Assembly: GCA_963773695.1 (NCBI GenBank)
Contig: CAVZCE010000004.1
Location: 391,476 to 455,475 of the forward strand
DNA from: an uncultured Chloroflexia bacterium
GTDB lineage: Bacteria; Chloroflexota; Limnocylindria; QHBO01
Direction: 5' to 3'
DNA: 64,000 nucleotides
Positions 62,215 through 64,000 of the stretch are shown here, in pieces (positions within the stretch are counted from its first letter, which is position 1; each line of letters starts with the position of its first letter). The notes under the pieces are model-generated. The model was given only the letters and a program-made list of their open reading frames with translations. It was not told the DNA's origin and did not search any database. A program made the position numbers and the translations under genes.

Positions 62215-63440
62215 CCGGCCTCGCCGCGGGGCTCCTGCTCATCGCGGCGGGTGCCGTCCTGCACGCCACGGGGCTCGTCGTGGTGGGCGCGGTGATCGAT
62301 CTGGTCTGGCTGCTGCGCACCCTCTGGACGCGCTTTGGCCTTCGAGGTCTGAGCTACGAGCACCGGATCGACGCAACGCGCGCCGTCGTGGGCGACGAGA
62401 TCGGCCTGGAGCTGACCGTCCGGAACCGCAAGCTGCTCCCCGTCCCGTGGCTGGCGGTGGACGACCTCGTGACCCGCCATGCCGCCGTTGCGGGCCGCCG
62501 CCTCGAGCCCGCGGATCTTCCCGGGTTCGCCGTCCTGCGCACGACATGGACGCTGGGGTGGTTCGAACGGGCGACGCGTCGGCTCCGCATCGTGGCGGAG
62601 CGGCGCGGCGTCTACGACTTCCGCGAGACGCGGCTGCGGGTCGCGGACCTGTTCGCGCGCGACTTCGTCATCGACGTGCGCGCCGCGCCACTGCGGTACC
62701 GCGTCGTCCCGCGCAGCGTGCCGGTGCGGATGGCCGCGCCCATGAGCCTGCTGCCGGGCTCGGCACGCATCACGCGCGGCCTCTTCGAGGACCCGGCGCT
62801 CTTCGCCGGCGTTCGCCCCTACGTCCCGGGCGACCCGTTCCGGCGCATCCACTGGAAGGCCACCGCCCGCCTGGGACGTCCGGTGAGCCGCCGCTACGAC
62901 CCAGGCCACGAGCGGGAGCTGGTGATCGCGCTGGACGCACAGACCATCGCCGGGACGTTCTGGCTCATGCAGTACGACGACGAGCTGGTCGAGGAGCTGT
63001 GCACCGCGGCCATGTCCCTGGCTCGCAGCGCCATCGGGCAGGGCGTGGCCTGCGGGCTGTCCGCGAACGGGTACTCGCTGCGGGGACGCCGGGTGGTGCA
63101 CGTCGCGCCGAGCGCATCCGGCGGGCAGGTCCAGCGAATCGCCGACGAGCTCGCGGCGCTGAGCCGCTGGGCGTCGATGCCCTTCGCCACCCTCCTCGGC
63201 CAGCTTGGCCAGCGGGTCCGCCCGGCCACGATCATCCTGGCCTGCTCGGCGCGGGACCCGGTGGAGTTCCTGCCCGTGATGCGCCGCCTGGCCGCCTCCG
63301 GCCACCCCGTGCGCCTGCTCTCCCTGGGACCCGCGGCGTCCGAATCGGTGGCCGCCGCCCGGGCGGCGCGCATCCCGGGACAGATCGCCCGCCTGGATCC
63401 GGACTGGAGAAGCGCCGATGCGCTCGAGCTGGTCGGCTGA
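62211..63440 (+). CDS. DUF58 (vWA-like) protein, MoxR partner
   Basis: 409 aa with N-terminal TMs and the hallmark DPFRRIHWKATARLGRPVSRRYDP. GTGA-type overlap with the moxR-like stop. Confidence 0.85.
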   Translation: MTGLAAGLLLIAAGAVLHATGLVVVGAVIDLVWLLRTLWTRFGLRGLSYEHRIDATRAVVGDEIGLELTVRNRKLLPVPWLAVDDLVTRHAAVAGRRLEPADLPGFAVLRTTWTLGWFERATRRLRIVAERRGVYDFRETRLRVADLFARDFVIDVRAAPLRYRVVPRSVPVRMAAPMSLLPGSARITRGLFEDPALFAGVRPYVPGDPFRRIHWKATARLGRPVSRRYDPGHERELVIALDAQTIAGTFWLMQYDDELVEELCTAAMSLARSAIGQGVACGLSANGYSLRGRRVVHVAPSASGGQVQRIADELAALSRWASMPFATLLGQLGQRVRPATIILACSARDPVEFLPVMRRLAASGHPVRLLSLGPAASESVAAARAARIPGQIARLDPDWRSADALELVG

Positions 63441-64000
63441 GCGGATCGTCGCCCTGGTGGCGGCGGCCAGCCTGGAGGGGGCCTGGCTGACGCTCGCCTA
63501 CCTCGCCGTCCAGTGGGCAGCGGGCGCCGACACCGCGTACCTGGGGATCGCCCACTTCGCCGCCGCCGCGGGCGGCGGTCTCCTGCTCGCCCGCGTCGTC
63601 CGAACCTGGTCCGGCCCCACGTACGGCTGGTTCCTGGTCGGCGTGGCGATCGTCGCCGGCATCGCGGGGACCTGGCTGGCGCTCGTGCCGGGTCCCGCCG
63701 CGGCGGACCTGCAGGCAGCGGCCGCGGCCAACCCGGGCGGCTGGCTGGTGGGCGTCGCGGTCCTGCGAGGCAGCACCCATGCGGACCTCGACGAGGAGGC
63801 CGGCATGGTGGAGCGCTTCCTGGACTTCGGCCTGATCGGCCTGGCGGTCTTCTGGGTCTTCGCCGCCGGATCCGGCCTGGAGGCGAATCCGGGCTACGGC
63901 GGCGTGGCCTTCGCCGCCACGATCACGTTCGTGAGCGGCGCGCTGCTGTCGCTTGGCCTCGCGCGCCTGACCGAGCTGGGCGTGGACGGGGTCGACCGCG
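63418..64000 (+). CDS. polytopic membrane protein, probable third member of the MoxR-DUF58 module (transglutaminase-type protein N-terminus?); 3' end beyond the window
   Basis: ATG at 63418 overlaps the DUF58 end. My own translation: MRSSWSAERIVALVAAASLEGAWLTLAYLAV...GWFLVGVAIVAGIAGTWLAL...FGLIGLAVFWVFAAG... It has several TM segments and no stop before 64000. Confidence 0.5.
   Translation, partial: MRSSWSAERIVALVAAASLEGAWLTLAYLAVQWAAGADTAYLGIAHFAAAAGGGLLLARVVRTWSGPTYGWFLVGVAIVAGIAGTWLALVPGPAAADLQAAAAANPGGWLVGVAVLRGSTHADLDEEAGMVERFLDFGLIGLAVFWVFAAGSGLEANPGYGGVAFAATITFVSGALLSLGLARLTELGVDGVDR

Overview
This is a very GC-rich bacterial chromosomal segment. Third codon positions are almost all G/C, so nearly every real gene is shadowed by long Arg/Pro/Gly-rich antisense or out-of-frame ORFs in the track. 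I called genes from recognisable protein motifs, Shine-Dalgarno sequences and start/stop coupling. All homology statements come from memory of family motifs, not from searches.

Content from left to right:

1. 1-5.5 kb: a complete minus-strand heme operon, hemA-hemC-hemD-hemB-hemQ-hemL (coproporphyrin-dependent type). Ordinary.
2. 5.5-22.8 kb: mixed housekeeping and accessory genes. These are an MFS pump, a lipoprotein cytochrome c, an ArsR-CDF pair, a Cys-bearing pseudo-receiver, a secreted beta-helix protein, dapB, an MMPL transporter, a GH15 glucoamylase, and a TetR regulator with an ABC-2 exporter.
3. 22.9-29.1 kb: a decayed zone with no long intact gene. It holds a multiply frameshifted cation antiporter, a stress-protein pseudogene, a broken Phd/YefM-VapC toxin-antitoxin pair and a duplicated PIN fragment. 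Two tRNA-Gln(CUG) genes lie in it, and the second is a chimera.
4. 29.1-51.6 kb: a MacB-like ABC pair, followed by the most interesting feature of the window. This is a roughly 20-kb regulon-like cluster. It combines a BMP-family ABC importer, SsnA-like and YgfK-like genes, an XdhD-like molybdenum hydroxylase, an ATZ/TRZ amidohydrolase, two unusual PLP enzymes, a carbamate kinase, a YgeW-like and a PyrB-like carbamoyltransferase, and a HutC/GntR regulator. A 15-nt motif is repeated at all three promoter regions. I read it as a remodelled, largely uncharacterised variant of the anaerobic purine/urate degradation neighbourhood.
5. 52-64 kb: TauE, a sugar MFS, a third tRNA-Gln directly downstream of glnS, ferritin, an LLM oxidoreductase, an MFS transporter, a hypothetical protein and a MoxR-DUF58-membrane protein trio.

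Two other patterns stand out:

- A family of roughly 170-nt intergenic elements with conserved head and tail. It occurs in tandem at 13.7-14.2 kb, with a diverged copy at 56.1 kb.
- At least five single-base frameshifts in otherwise conserved genes, two of them in G-runs, plus a possible sixth at the ssnA-like start. These may be assembly indels rather than biology.

No CRISPR array, rRNA, integrase or transposase could be supported.
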